Source: Vibrio phage VPT02. From it: a stretch of 32,000 bases of DNA. Below the pieces are notes generated by a model. It made no database searches. It saw only the letters and a list, made by a program, of their open reading frames with translations, and was not told the origin of the DNA. Shown here in pieces: positions 1-8,050 of the stretch. Within the stretch, counting starts at the first letter, position 1. The number at the start of each line of letters is the position of its first letter. The position numbers and the translations under genes are program-made. The stretch lies in the sequence record MN954399.1, one strand, 5' to 3'.

Positions 1-3000
1 CTTTCTGACCTCCTCGGAAACTAAAGCCACCGTATACAGTATCCGCCTCTGAAGAATCTTCAAAGTTATCGAAGTAAGTAGTAGTATCTTCTCGCCTAAT
101 GTTCATGTACTCAACAGCAGGGTTAGTGTATCTAGATACTTTTAATCCATTAACACCGTTGTTAGATACTACATGAACGTCTCCATTTAGTTTTGTATTA
201 CCAACTATATCTAACCCTTTAGCAAACATCTTAGCTATATAAGAAGTTGCAAACCACCAACCGCTTGTACCTAACGTAGATTTACCAGTAGTATTTGGGG
301 ATGCAGGCAAGAACCCTGTATCATTATCTGAAGCACGTAACCATTTATTAGACCCTACTTGAAGATGAGTATCGACAGCTTTAATATAGCTATTACCACC
401 TACTTCAGCCCACGTAGGCCAACGTGTAGCCATTGCTGGCTTACCAGAAACATTGTCCCAGTCGGTAGGGTACTTACTAGGCTTTCCAGTAACCTCATTG
501 AAGCTAGGCCATCTTGTTGCTGCTGTTGGAATATCTTTCAATTTATTCCACGGCATTCTATTTATTGGACTGTATGCTGATGTTAAATCCAGCCACGGGT
601 TACAATCATTATCTACTTCTTCTATAATAACAGATATTCTATATGTCTTATCATGCCCTGTTCGTAGTTTAGGTACTCCTTTATCTAAAAATACTTCTGG
701 ATGGTTACTACCAGACCCCTGTCGAGCTACTAAGGTTAGGTTAGTTGTACCTGTACTACCCCCTACTTGGTTAAAACCTTTAAGGTAGTATACTGCTCCA
801 GTAAATGTACCAGTGCCTACTGTGTATGCTCGAATATAATAGGACTTGTCAGCCATTTCTAGAGGCTTGTCCTCTATATTAAGAAGAACGGCGTGAATAT
901 CTTTATTGACGTTGTATATCTTACTATACTTCTTCCATCCATCTCCCTGAGCTACTGCACCTAAATCATAAGGGGTAGGTTTATTCTTCTCAGTATAAAT
1001 AGTAGCATCATTATGCGTTAACTTAGTACCTAGTATATTAACAGTATCTAAACTATCGTTACCTACATTAACTTTATCTCCTGCGCTTTTTAATACTTCT
1101 TTATTACTAGTAGTTAGTCCTCTTAACTTAAAAGTACCCGCCGTAACGTTACCTGTTACTTCTACCCCTCCTGAAACCGTTCCCCCTGCTTTACTCAGGA
1201 AGGTATCTTGTGCCCAGTCTCTACGTATAAGTGAATTGCCAGCACTAGATTGTGCCACACTTACTCTTGGTATACCTATAAAGATAGGGAAATTTTGCCC
1301 CCTACGAGCAATCATGAAGGGTGCTTTATTACCCTTATTTATTGTACCATAGTGGGTTTCATTGGTGTCCTTGCCTTGATAGGCTATATAGGTACCATAC
1401 CCGTTTGCTTCTGTCAGTGATAGTTCTGCATTCTTATTAGTACCCCCATTAACACTGAATGCAGCATCACCCCCATGAGTAATTTCCACGTTACCAGTAA
1501 ATACTTCGCCGGTTTTTCTAGCAGCACCAATACTTTGAGGGGTTACGGTAACAGCTCCAGTCTCACCGTTTACAGAAGTAACACCAGTACCAGAATCAAT
1601 AATATCGAATTTCTTCTCATCTAGAATGTATACTAGGCGGTCACCCCAGTTCCATGTTTTACCATCAAATACTTTCTCTAATTGTCCGGCATTTAACTGA
1701 ACATCCCAACGTGAGTTAGTAACTGGGGTTTTAGGATAGCTACCAGAGTTAGGGTTCCATGTACCTCTATATACACTACCTTTACGAAGTTCTATTGCAA
1801 AACTTTCAGCTTCATCACGAGACTTTTTGGCTGCTACTTCTGCTGTTTTGGCCTCTGAAGCAGAACTAGCTGTGTCATCAGCACTATTTTTGGCCGCTGA
1901 AGCTGAATTAGCTGCTGAAGAAACACTAGCAGCTGCTTTTGTTTCGCTAGACTTAGCTGCACTTTGGGAGGTTTTTGCTGCTGATGCACTTGCCGCTGCT
2001 TTTGTCTCACTAGACTTAGCTGCATTTTTCGAGGCTATAGCTGTATCACGAGCCTTTTCAGCCTCAAGTTGAGCTGCAAGCGCGTCACTAGCATGTGCCA
2101 TAGCTTTAGTGTTAGCGTCGGCTGCGTTAGACGCGCTTGTAGCTGCGCTGTCTTCACTAGACTTTGCTTTGGTTTCACTAGACTTAGCATTGGTTTCACT
2201 AACTTTAGCTGCATTCTTAGACTGAGCTGCTTGATTTGCACTAGTAGCTGCCGCTTTAGCCGAATTAGAGGACGCAGCTGCACGACTTGTAGCTGTAGTA
2301 GCTGCTGTACTAGCTTTTGTTTCACTAGACTTAGCATTAGTTTCACTAACTTTAGCTGCATCTCTAGCAGCTTCCGCTGCTGCTTGAGCTACTTCTGCAT
2401 TAGTCTGTGCGGTTTGTGATGCTTGATTAGAGTTTTCAGATTCTTGTGCTGATTGCTCTGACGCACTAGCAGATGCCGCAGCTGCTTGCTTACTAGCAGC
2501 TGCTTGACTTGCCGATTTACTTGCAGCTACCTGAGATGCTTGGGAAGCTTTTGCTGAGGTATCAGATGCTTTAGCGCTATTAGCTGCAGCTGTCTGTGAA
2601 CTTTTCGCGTTGGTCTCACTAGTCTTAGCGTTGGTCTCACTAGTTTTTGCTTTGGCTTCACTATTCTTAGCATTAGTTTCACTAATCTTTGCAGCATCCT
2701 GAGAAGCTTTTGCCGCATCCTGAGATGCTTTAGCTGCGTCCGCTGAAGTACTTGCTGCCGCTGCTTTCTGAGAAGCCACAACTGACTTAGCTGTAGATAC
2801 ATCTCTAGCATTTTCAGAGGCTAGTTGTGCCGCTTCTGCTGCTATCTTGGCAGCGTTTGCATCTGTTACTGATTGAGTCATTGAAGATGCTGAAGCTGCT
2901 GCTTCTGCTGATGACTTAGCTGCATCTGCTTGATATTGGTTTGCCTTATCTTCACTAGCTTTTGCTAATTGTTGTGATCTATAAGCATTACCAGCAGATT

Positions 3001-3697
3001 GAGAAGCATCTCCTGCACTAGAGCCTGCTTGATCTCTAGCTTTTTCTGCTGCTTTTTGTGCTGCCAAAGCTGCTTTTTGTTCAGCATCTGCTTTAGCCGC
3101 TGAAGCTGTTGCTGATTTAGCTTGATCGGTAGCAATAGTTGCTTGAGCCGTAGCTGCTGTTGCTTGCTTAGCTGCTTCTACTGCCTGAGCTTTTGCTTCT
3201 GTTTCACTTGCCTTAGCTGCTGTTTGTGAAGCTTTTGCCGCATCCTGGGATCTTTTAGCGGCTGCTTGAGAGCTCTTGGCGGATGATGCTGAACCTGCTG
3301 CGTTTGTTTCACTAGTTTGGGCATCGTGTGCACGGTTATCTGCTGTAGCTGCTGCTTGTTTTGCGGTATCTACTAAGTTTGTGATTTGACCGCTAATAGC
3401 GTCTAAGTTTCTAATAGTTTCATTAGCTTTATCTATCTGTCTTTGAGACTCGGCTACTGAGGACTCCGCTTTACTTACAGACTTATCTATTTCACTTTTT
3501 ACTTCTACTAGGTCGTCAATACCTACAACTTCCATGCTTTCGGAAAGTTCTACATTTATCTCAGAACCACTACCATCTAGTAAGCTGTTCTCAAGTGATA
3601 CTGTACCTGTAAACTCTTTTGTATCTATTTCGGCATTGACAGGGCCTACTAAATCCCCGTCAAGTACTCTTTCTTCTATCTTTATATTATCGGCCAT
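1..3697 (-). CDS. Long tail fibre protein, 3' end truncated by the left window edge (>=1232 codons visible)
   Basis: Manual reverse-strand reading: ATG at 3697..3695 (MADNIKIEERVLDGDLVGPVNAEIDTKEFTG...). The parts I translated, including the left 600 bp, have no stop. Contains a long Ala/Ser/Lys/Thr-rich region with SETNAKSSETKAKSSE-type phage tail-fibre repeats, then WNKLKDIPTAATRWPSFNEVTGKPSKYPTDWDNVSGKPAMATRWPTWAEVGGN motifs typical of side tail fibres. Missing from the ORF track because its stop lies outside the window. Confidence 0.9.
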   Translation of the reverse strand, partial: MADNIKIEERVLDGDLVGPVNAEIDTKEFTGTVSLENSLLDGSGSEINVELSESMEVVGIDDLVEVKSEIDKSVSKAESSVAESQRQIDKANETIRNLDAISGQITNLVDTAKQAAATADNRAHDAQTSETNAAGSASSAKSSQAAAKRSQDAAKASQTAAKASETEAKAQAVEAAKQATAATAQATIATDQAKSATASAAKADAEQKAALAAQKAAEKARDQAGSSAGDASQSAGNAYRSQQLAKASEDKANQYQADAAKSSAEAAASASSMTQSVTDANAAKIAAEAAQLASENARDVSTAKSVVASQKAAAASTSADAAKASQDAAKASQDAAKISETNAKNSEAKAKTSETNAKTSETNAKSSQTAAANSAKASDTSAKASQASQVAASKSASQAAASKQAAAASASASEQSAQESENSNQASQTAQTNAEVAQAAAEAARDAAKVSETNAKSSETKASTAATTATSRAAASSNSAKAAATSANQAAQSKNAAKVSETNAKSSETKAKSSEDSAATSASNAADANTKAMAHASDALAAQLEAEKARDTAIASKNAAKSSETKAAASASAAKTSQSAAKSSETKAAASVSSAANSASAAKNSADDTASSASEAKTAEVAAKKSRDEAESFAIELRKGSVYRGTWNPNSGSYPKTPVTNSRWDVQLNAGQLEKVFDGKTWNWGDRLVYILDEKKFDIIDSGTGVTSVNGETGAVTVTPQSIGAARKTGEVFTGNVEITHGGDAAFSVNGGTNKNAELSLTEANGYGTYIAYQGKDTNETHYGTINKGNKAPFMIARRGQNFPIFIGIPRVSVAQSSAGNSLIRRDWAQDTFLSKAGGTVSGGVEVTGNVTAGTFKLRGLTTSNKEVLKSAGDKVNVGNDSLDTVNILGTKLTHNDATIYTEKNKPTPYDLGAVAQGDGWKKYSKIYNVNKDIHAVLLNIEDKPLEMADKSYYIRAYTVGTGTFTGAVYYLKGFNQVGGSTGTTNLTLVARQGSGSNHPEVFLDKGVPKLRTGHDKTYRISVIIEEVDNDCNPWLDLTSAYSPINRMPWNKLKDIPTAATRWPSFNEVTGKPSKYPTDWDNVSGKPAMATRWPTWAEVGGNSYIKAVDTHLQVGSNKWLRASDNDTGFLPASPNTTGKSTLGTSGWWFATSYIAKMFAKGLDIVGNTKLNGDVHVVSNNGVNGLKVSRYTNPAVEYMNIRREDTTTYFDNFEDSSEADTVYGGFSFRGGQK
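1800..3480 (-). repeat. Degenerate short repeats encoding an Ala/Ser/Lys-rich, probably coiled-coil fibre shaft
   Basis: Recurring minus-strand codons for SETNAKSSETKA, AAKASQDAAKASQ and AAASASA. On the plus strand this appears as repeated gtttcactagacttagc / gtttcactaactttagc units. Boundaries are approximate. Confidence 0.8.
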
Positions 3698-3707
3698 TAT
3701 TATTCCT

Positions 3708-4490
3708 CTATGAGATATTGCTTACAACAACTAACTGATAAGAATCTGCCCCCAGTACTCCACTAGGCACAGCTTTTACTTGTTTTGAGTTACCATACCA
3801 TGCAACTTCTGCCGTAGGTACTGTAGCTGCTAATACACCCACTGGTTTTGTTTGGAAACTATTTGATGTACTTGGCATCTTGAAGATATTTACTACCCCA
3901 TCAGTAGGAGTGGTTTGAATACCCCCACTAAAATAGCGTATACCAGCAAAGTAGTGTGGTTTAGTTTTATCTACTACAATACTTACAGGTTGATCAATTG
4001 GAGTAACTGCTGATTTAGTTACTGTACTTCCTAAACCACTCTCAGTTAGTGGGTCTAATGTAGCAGCTCTGCTTAAATAACATTTACCTTGATACACTCG
4101 TGTAGCTGACCCCGTAGGACTTATCAGTAACACATCGTAGTAACCAAGCTCATAAACCCTATGAGAATCTACTTCTAAATAACGTCTATCTGTAAACTTA
4201 CCTAGTGCTGCTGTTTGTTCTTTAGTTAGACCAAGGTAGGCTAACCCGTCTTTACCAGAAGCTATCGTTGCCTCAAAGTTTACTATTAACTTAGAGTCTT
4301 TTGAGAAAGATGTTCTAAGCTGAGCTACGATAGTGTATCCAGTAAGGTCTATCGGAGCTTTTTGTTTTATAGGAACTTGTTTGTTAGTAAGCGGGTTCAG
4401 TTGAGAACCCGTTACTTCCTGCTTAGTAAACTTTAGTACGTGAGCAAAAGTAGCTCCTTCTTCTATTTTTAAATTAACTATCTTACTCAT
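3708..4490 (-). CDS. Putative tail/baseplate-associated structural protein (beta-sandwich-like N terminus)
   Basis: Intact 260 aa ORF between the tail fibre and the J-like protein. The text 'IDLTGYTIVAQLRTSFSKDSKLIVNFEATIASGKDGLAYLGLT' resembles N-terminal domains of phage tail-tip accessory proteins. Confidence 0.6.
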   Translation of the reverse strand: MSKIVNLKIEEGATFAHVLKFTKQEVTGSQLNPLTNKQVPIKQKAPIDLTGYTIVAQLRTSFSKDSKLIVNFEATIASGKDGLAYLGLTKEQTAALGKFTDRRYLEVDSHRVYELGYYDVLLISPTGSATRVYQGKCYLSRAATLDPLTESGLGSTVTKSAVTPIDQPVSIVVDKTKPHYFAGIRYFSGGIQTTPTDGVVNIFKMPSTSNSFQTKPVGVLAATVPTAEVAWYGNSKQVKAVPSGVLGADSYQLVVVSNIS

Positions 4491-4492
4491 AA

Positions 4493-7400
4493 TTATCTTA
4501 TATGTATAGACCCGCGAGACAAGTCTATCTTCATTTTATAACGAGATTCAGGGTTTGATGATTGTGCTGCTGCATTATCATATATAACATTAACACCTAT
4601 TTGTTGTAAAAAGGCATTGCTAGCAATGATTTTCTGAGCAGTGATAGAACCATTAACAATCATATTACCATGTACTAACATAGCGGCACTTTGCCAACTA
4701 CCTTTAATCCATTGACGAGTCTCTGCCGAGGCAGGATTGCTAGGATTAAATTGAGTTAGTACATCGTACTCTACTGGGCCTTTACCAAAAGTATCAGTAA
4801 AGAACTTAGTTGCAGACGTAGTATTAAATCTAGAGAAACGACTTATTGGCTGAGCATAGAAGCCTGGGCCCCTACTACCATCGCTACCCGGCCTACCATC
4901 TCTACCCGGTCTACCATCTTTACCATCTCTACCTGGACGACCATCTTGTCCATCTTCACCATCTTGTCCGTCTCTACCGGGACGTCCATCATCACCTGCA
5001 AACTTAGACCACACGTAGTCTTGAGGTCTACTACTTTCTGTAGGTGTGGTTTTATTATATGCAAAACCTATATACTTCTTACCGCTAGGGCTATTAGACA
5101 TACCACTACCACTAGCATTATCGGCATATTTAATCCAAGTATAATATGTTTTACCGTCTTTACCTGGCTTGCCAGGGACACCTTGATCACCCTCTAACTT
5201 ACTCCAAGAATAGTCAGTAGGATTACTGCTTTCAGTAGGTGTTGTTTTATTAACAGCAATACCTATATACTTCTTACCTGCAGAAGTATTAGACATTCCA
5301 CCACCGGTAGCAGTATCAGCGTATCGAATCCAAGTGTAAGTAGTTACACCGTCTTTACCAGGAGCACCAGGAATACCATCACGACCAGGATCTCCCTTAT
5401 CCCCTTTGTCACCTTTAATGCGACTCCACGTGTAGTCCGCAGGGTTACTACTCTCTACAGCAGAAGTCTTATTATATGCGAATCCGATATACTCTTTCCC
5501 GCTAGGGCTATTAGAGATACCGCTTCCGTCTGCACTATCAGCATACTTAATCCAAGTGTAGTAAGTAACTCCATCTGCCCCAGGACGTCCTGGAACCCCT
5601 TGATCACCTTCAAACTTACTCCATGTATACACGTTAGGGTTAGTACTTTCTGTTGGTGACAGTTGGTTCACAGCTATACCGATATATTTCTTACCGTCAG
5701 GGCTATCTGACATACCTATACCTTGAGCAGTATCCGCGTAGCGCACCCAAGTATAATATGTTTTACCATCTTTACCGTTACGACCAGGAACTCCAGTATC
5801 ACCTTTCTCACCCTTGATCTTGCTCCAATTATAGTCGCGCCAGTCGGTACTTTCTTGTTGTGTAGCCTTATTAGTAGCTATACCTAGGTAAGCTTTACCG
5901 GTAGGATCATCTGTGAAACCTCTTCCTGAGCTATCATCAGCATACTTAATCCAAGTATAAGTAGTTTTACCATCTTTACCGTTAGTACCTGGAATACCCT
6001 GATCACCTTTCATAAGTGCCCAAGTATAATCAGAAGGATCATTACTTTCAGTAGAACTAGCCATGTTACTAGCAATACCTATATAACGTTTTCCAGTCGG
6101 TGAGTTACTAATCCCCGAACCTGTTACAGTATCGGCGTATTTAATCCAAGTATAGAATGTACGCCCGTCTGAGCCGTCTTTACCTGGGATACCTTGATCA
6201 CCCTGATCTCCACTAAACTTAGCAGGCTCTGACCAGTTGCCTGTTATGTTAGGCTCTATACCTTTTCTCTCTGCGCTACATACCCAAATTGATTGGCCAA
6301 CTGATCTAGCTGGAGGCTCAGTTAACCAACCTGCTGGAGGTATTGATTTATTAGTAGGAGTAGTAGGTTGATTAGTACTGGCTCGGTATATTAATACTGT
6401 AGCTACACCATCTTCACCTGCTTTTGCAGTAAACTGTATTGGAGTAGACCATGCACTGTTAGATGCTACTTTGTTACTTTTAGAGTCTATAACAGCAGTA
6501 GAAATCCATACCAAGTCCTGTGGGTTAGTTATTGGAGTGTCACTCCAACCTGCTGGCGGATAATCGTTACCTGAAGGGGCACTAGGTTGTGTGGCCGCAT
6601 CTTTATATATATTAGCAACGAAGTTACCTTGAATACCTTGGTCTATATCTACGTTACCACCTGGTGTACCGATCTGTACTTTACCAGATATAAGAAGCTT
6701 CTCCCCGTCCCATCTAATAAACTTGGTAGAATCGCCTAAGTCGAACTTAAACTTCTGGTCATTGTTAGTGTAACCCATCCACATACCTTGTGCGGATTGT
6801 CCATACCCTGTCTTAGATGCTGTTCTTATACTAGGATTATCTTTACCAGATAAATTAGATAATACAAAAGAAGCTGAGTACATTGTCTTAGATATTACAG
6901 CACCATCAACGTTGACGTTACCACTTAAGGGGTCAACAGAAATAGGCGCTTTACCTTGGGCATCTAACTTACCAATAGCTAATGAACCCGTTTTTGCATC
7001 TAATCTAAATGTTTGCTCCTTTCTACCCGCTAGGTCTCTATATGCCTTGATATGGTCATAAGTAACTTCTATACCAGTCTCATTAGCAAAAGAAGAGTCT
7101 AGAGGGGTTGAGCTTGTAATTTTAAAGGATGCGGTATTAGAGTCGGTCAGTGCTTGATCAGCAGGCCCCCATGCTATAGCAGCTACCTTAAATTTATATT
7201 CTTTATTAAAAGGAAAGCTTGTAATTACTGATGCTTTAGCAGCACCACTGTTAATTTTGCTCGCCTTTCTCCATTGAGTTTTATTATACTCGCTAGTCTC
7301 TACAAAGTAAAGAACAAATTCTCTGACAGAACTGCCAGTACCCTTATCCCAGTCCCAACTTACTTGTAAGTCGTAACGTTCTATCCCATCCATTATTTTT

Positions 7401-8050
7401 GCTACTTTAAAATTAATATTCTCTGGAGCACTAGGTGGGCGGAACATGTTCTCTACTTTAACATTTTTTATTGTACTATAAGGTGAGGATTCTGTAGTAA
7501 CCCCATCAGGCATATAAATGAAACCTATAACCCTAAAGTCATATGTACCTTGCCCTGTAGTAAAAGATACCGCATCTGGAGCACCACTATAACAAGGTTG
7601 CCAGTGAGTATCGTCCTCAGAAGACAGCTTCTTATCTATTCTTATAGATTGAGCGTCTCCTTGTATATCCATAGTTATAATAGGGTCACCAACGCCAATA
7701 TCTACTTCTTGGGCTCCTACTATAACATTATGAATGCTAGGGTACTCCAACGTTTTTGCTGAGGATGCTTCTGACATATTAATACCTAGCTTGCTGTCCA
7801 GAAGCTCTGAGTCTACCATAGCATCATAGTAAGACCCTTCGATGATTTTATATTCTGTATTGTCCTTTAAGTTATCAACTATAGTATATAAAACATCTAT
7901 ATTTGTATCTATAAATCTAGTCCCATCTATCCAAAATGCTTTACCAACTACGTCTTTGTCCTCGTAGCTAGAATGAGGGATATACAGTTTTGTATATCCC
8001 GGAGCGATAGTACCTAGAACTAGTTTTCTTGGTAGTGTATTCTCAATCAT
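4493..8050 (-). CDS. Tail tip / host-specificity (J-like) protein with fibronectin-III-like region and collagen-like repeats
   Basis: The ORF track starts at 8062 with TTG. The likely start is ATG at 8050, which gives a 4-nt ATGA overlap with the upstream stop. Contains 'PPSAPENINFKVAKIMDGIERYDLQVSWDWDKG...VREFVLYFVE' (FN3-like), a J-like central region, repeated YTWIKYAD modules and GxY collagen-like tracts. Confidence 0.8.
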   Translation of the reverse strand: MIENTLPRKLVLGTIAPGYTKLYIPHSSYEDKDVVGKAFWIDGTRFIDTNIDVLYTIVDNLKDNTEYKIIEGSYYDAMVDSELLDSKLGINMSEASSAKTLEYPSIHNVIVGAQEVDIGVGDPIITMDIQGDAQSIRIDKKLSSEDDTHWQPCYSGAPDAVSFTTGQGTYDFRVIGFIYMPDGVTTESSPYSTIKNVKVENMFRPPSAPENINFKVAKIMDGIERYDLQVSWDWDKGTGSSVREFVLYFVETSEYNKTQWRKASKINSGAAKASVITSFPFNKEYKFKVAAIAWGPADQALTDSNTASFKITSSTPLDSSFANETGIEVTYDHIKAYRDLAGRKEQTFRLDAKTGSLAIGKLDAQGKAPISVDPLSGNVNVDGAVISKTMYSASFVLSNLSGKDNPSIRTASKTGYGQSAQGMWMGYTNNDQKFKFDLGDSTKFIRWDGEKLLISGKVQIGTPGGNVDIDQGIQGNFVANIYKDAATQPSAPSGNDYPPAGWSDTPITNPQDLVWISTAVIDSKSNKVASNSAWSTPIQFTAKAGEDGVATVLIYRASTNQPTTPTNKSIPPAGWLTEPPARSVGQSIWVCSAERKGIEPNITGNWSEPAKFSGDQGDQGIPGKDGSDGRTFYTWIKYADTVTGSGISNSPTGKRYIGIASNMASSTESNDPSDYTWALMKGDQGIPGTNGKDGKTTYTWIKYADDSSGRGFTDDPTGKAYLGIATNKATQQESTDWRDYNWSKIKGEKGDTGVPGRNGKDGKTYYTWVRYADTAQGIGMSDSPDGKKYIGIAVNQLSPTESTNPNVYTWSKFEGDQGVPGRPGADGVTYYTWIKYADSADGSGISNSPSGKEYIGFAYNKTSAVESSNPADYTWSRIKGDKGDKGDPGRDGIPGAPGKDGVTTYTWIRYADTATGGGMSNTSAGKKYIGIAVNKTTPTESSNPTDYSWSKLEGDQGVPGKPGKDGKTYYTWIKYADNASGSGMSNSPSGKKYIGFAYNKTTPTESSRPQDYVWSKFAGDDGRPGRDGQDGEDGQDGRPGRDGKDGRPGRDGRPGSDGSRGPGFYAQPISRFSRFNTTSATKFFTDTFGKGPVEYDVLTQFNPSNPASAETRQWIKGSWQSAAMLVHGNMIVNGSITAQKIIASNAFLQQIGVNVIYDNAAAQSSNPESRYKMKIDLSRGSIHIR
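4860..6190 (-). repeat. Six tandem ~65-95 aa modules (T-Y/F-YTW-I/V-K/R-YAD ... YTWSKxxGD) linked by collagen-like GxY tracts
   Basis: Six imperfect copies are readable in the 1185 aa protein. The last ends in a longer GDDGRPGRDGQDGEDGQDGRPGRDGKDGRPGRDGRPGSDGSRGP collagen-like tail. Boundaries are approximate. Confidence 0.85.

Noticed and set aside
359-788. Plus-strand ORFs 359..580 and 453..788
   Set aside because: Antisense to the tail fibre coding frame, which is open across this region and reads as recognisable fibre motifs. No Shine-Dalgarno support.
1827-2811. Overlapping ORFs 1827..2072 (+), 1834..2025 (-), 2035..2361 (-), 2069..2419 (+), 2527..2811 (-)
   Set aside because: All arise from the low-complexity repeat DNA of the fibre shaft read in wrong frames. 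The true frame gives Ala/Ser/Lys fibre repeats.
4843-5197. ORFs 4843..5064 (-) and 4946..5197 (+)
   Set aside because: Out-of-frame readings of the collagen-like repeat tract in the J-like gene.
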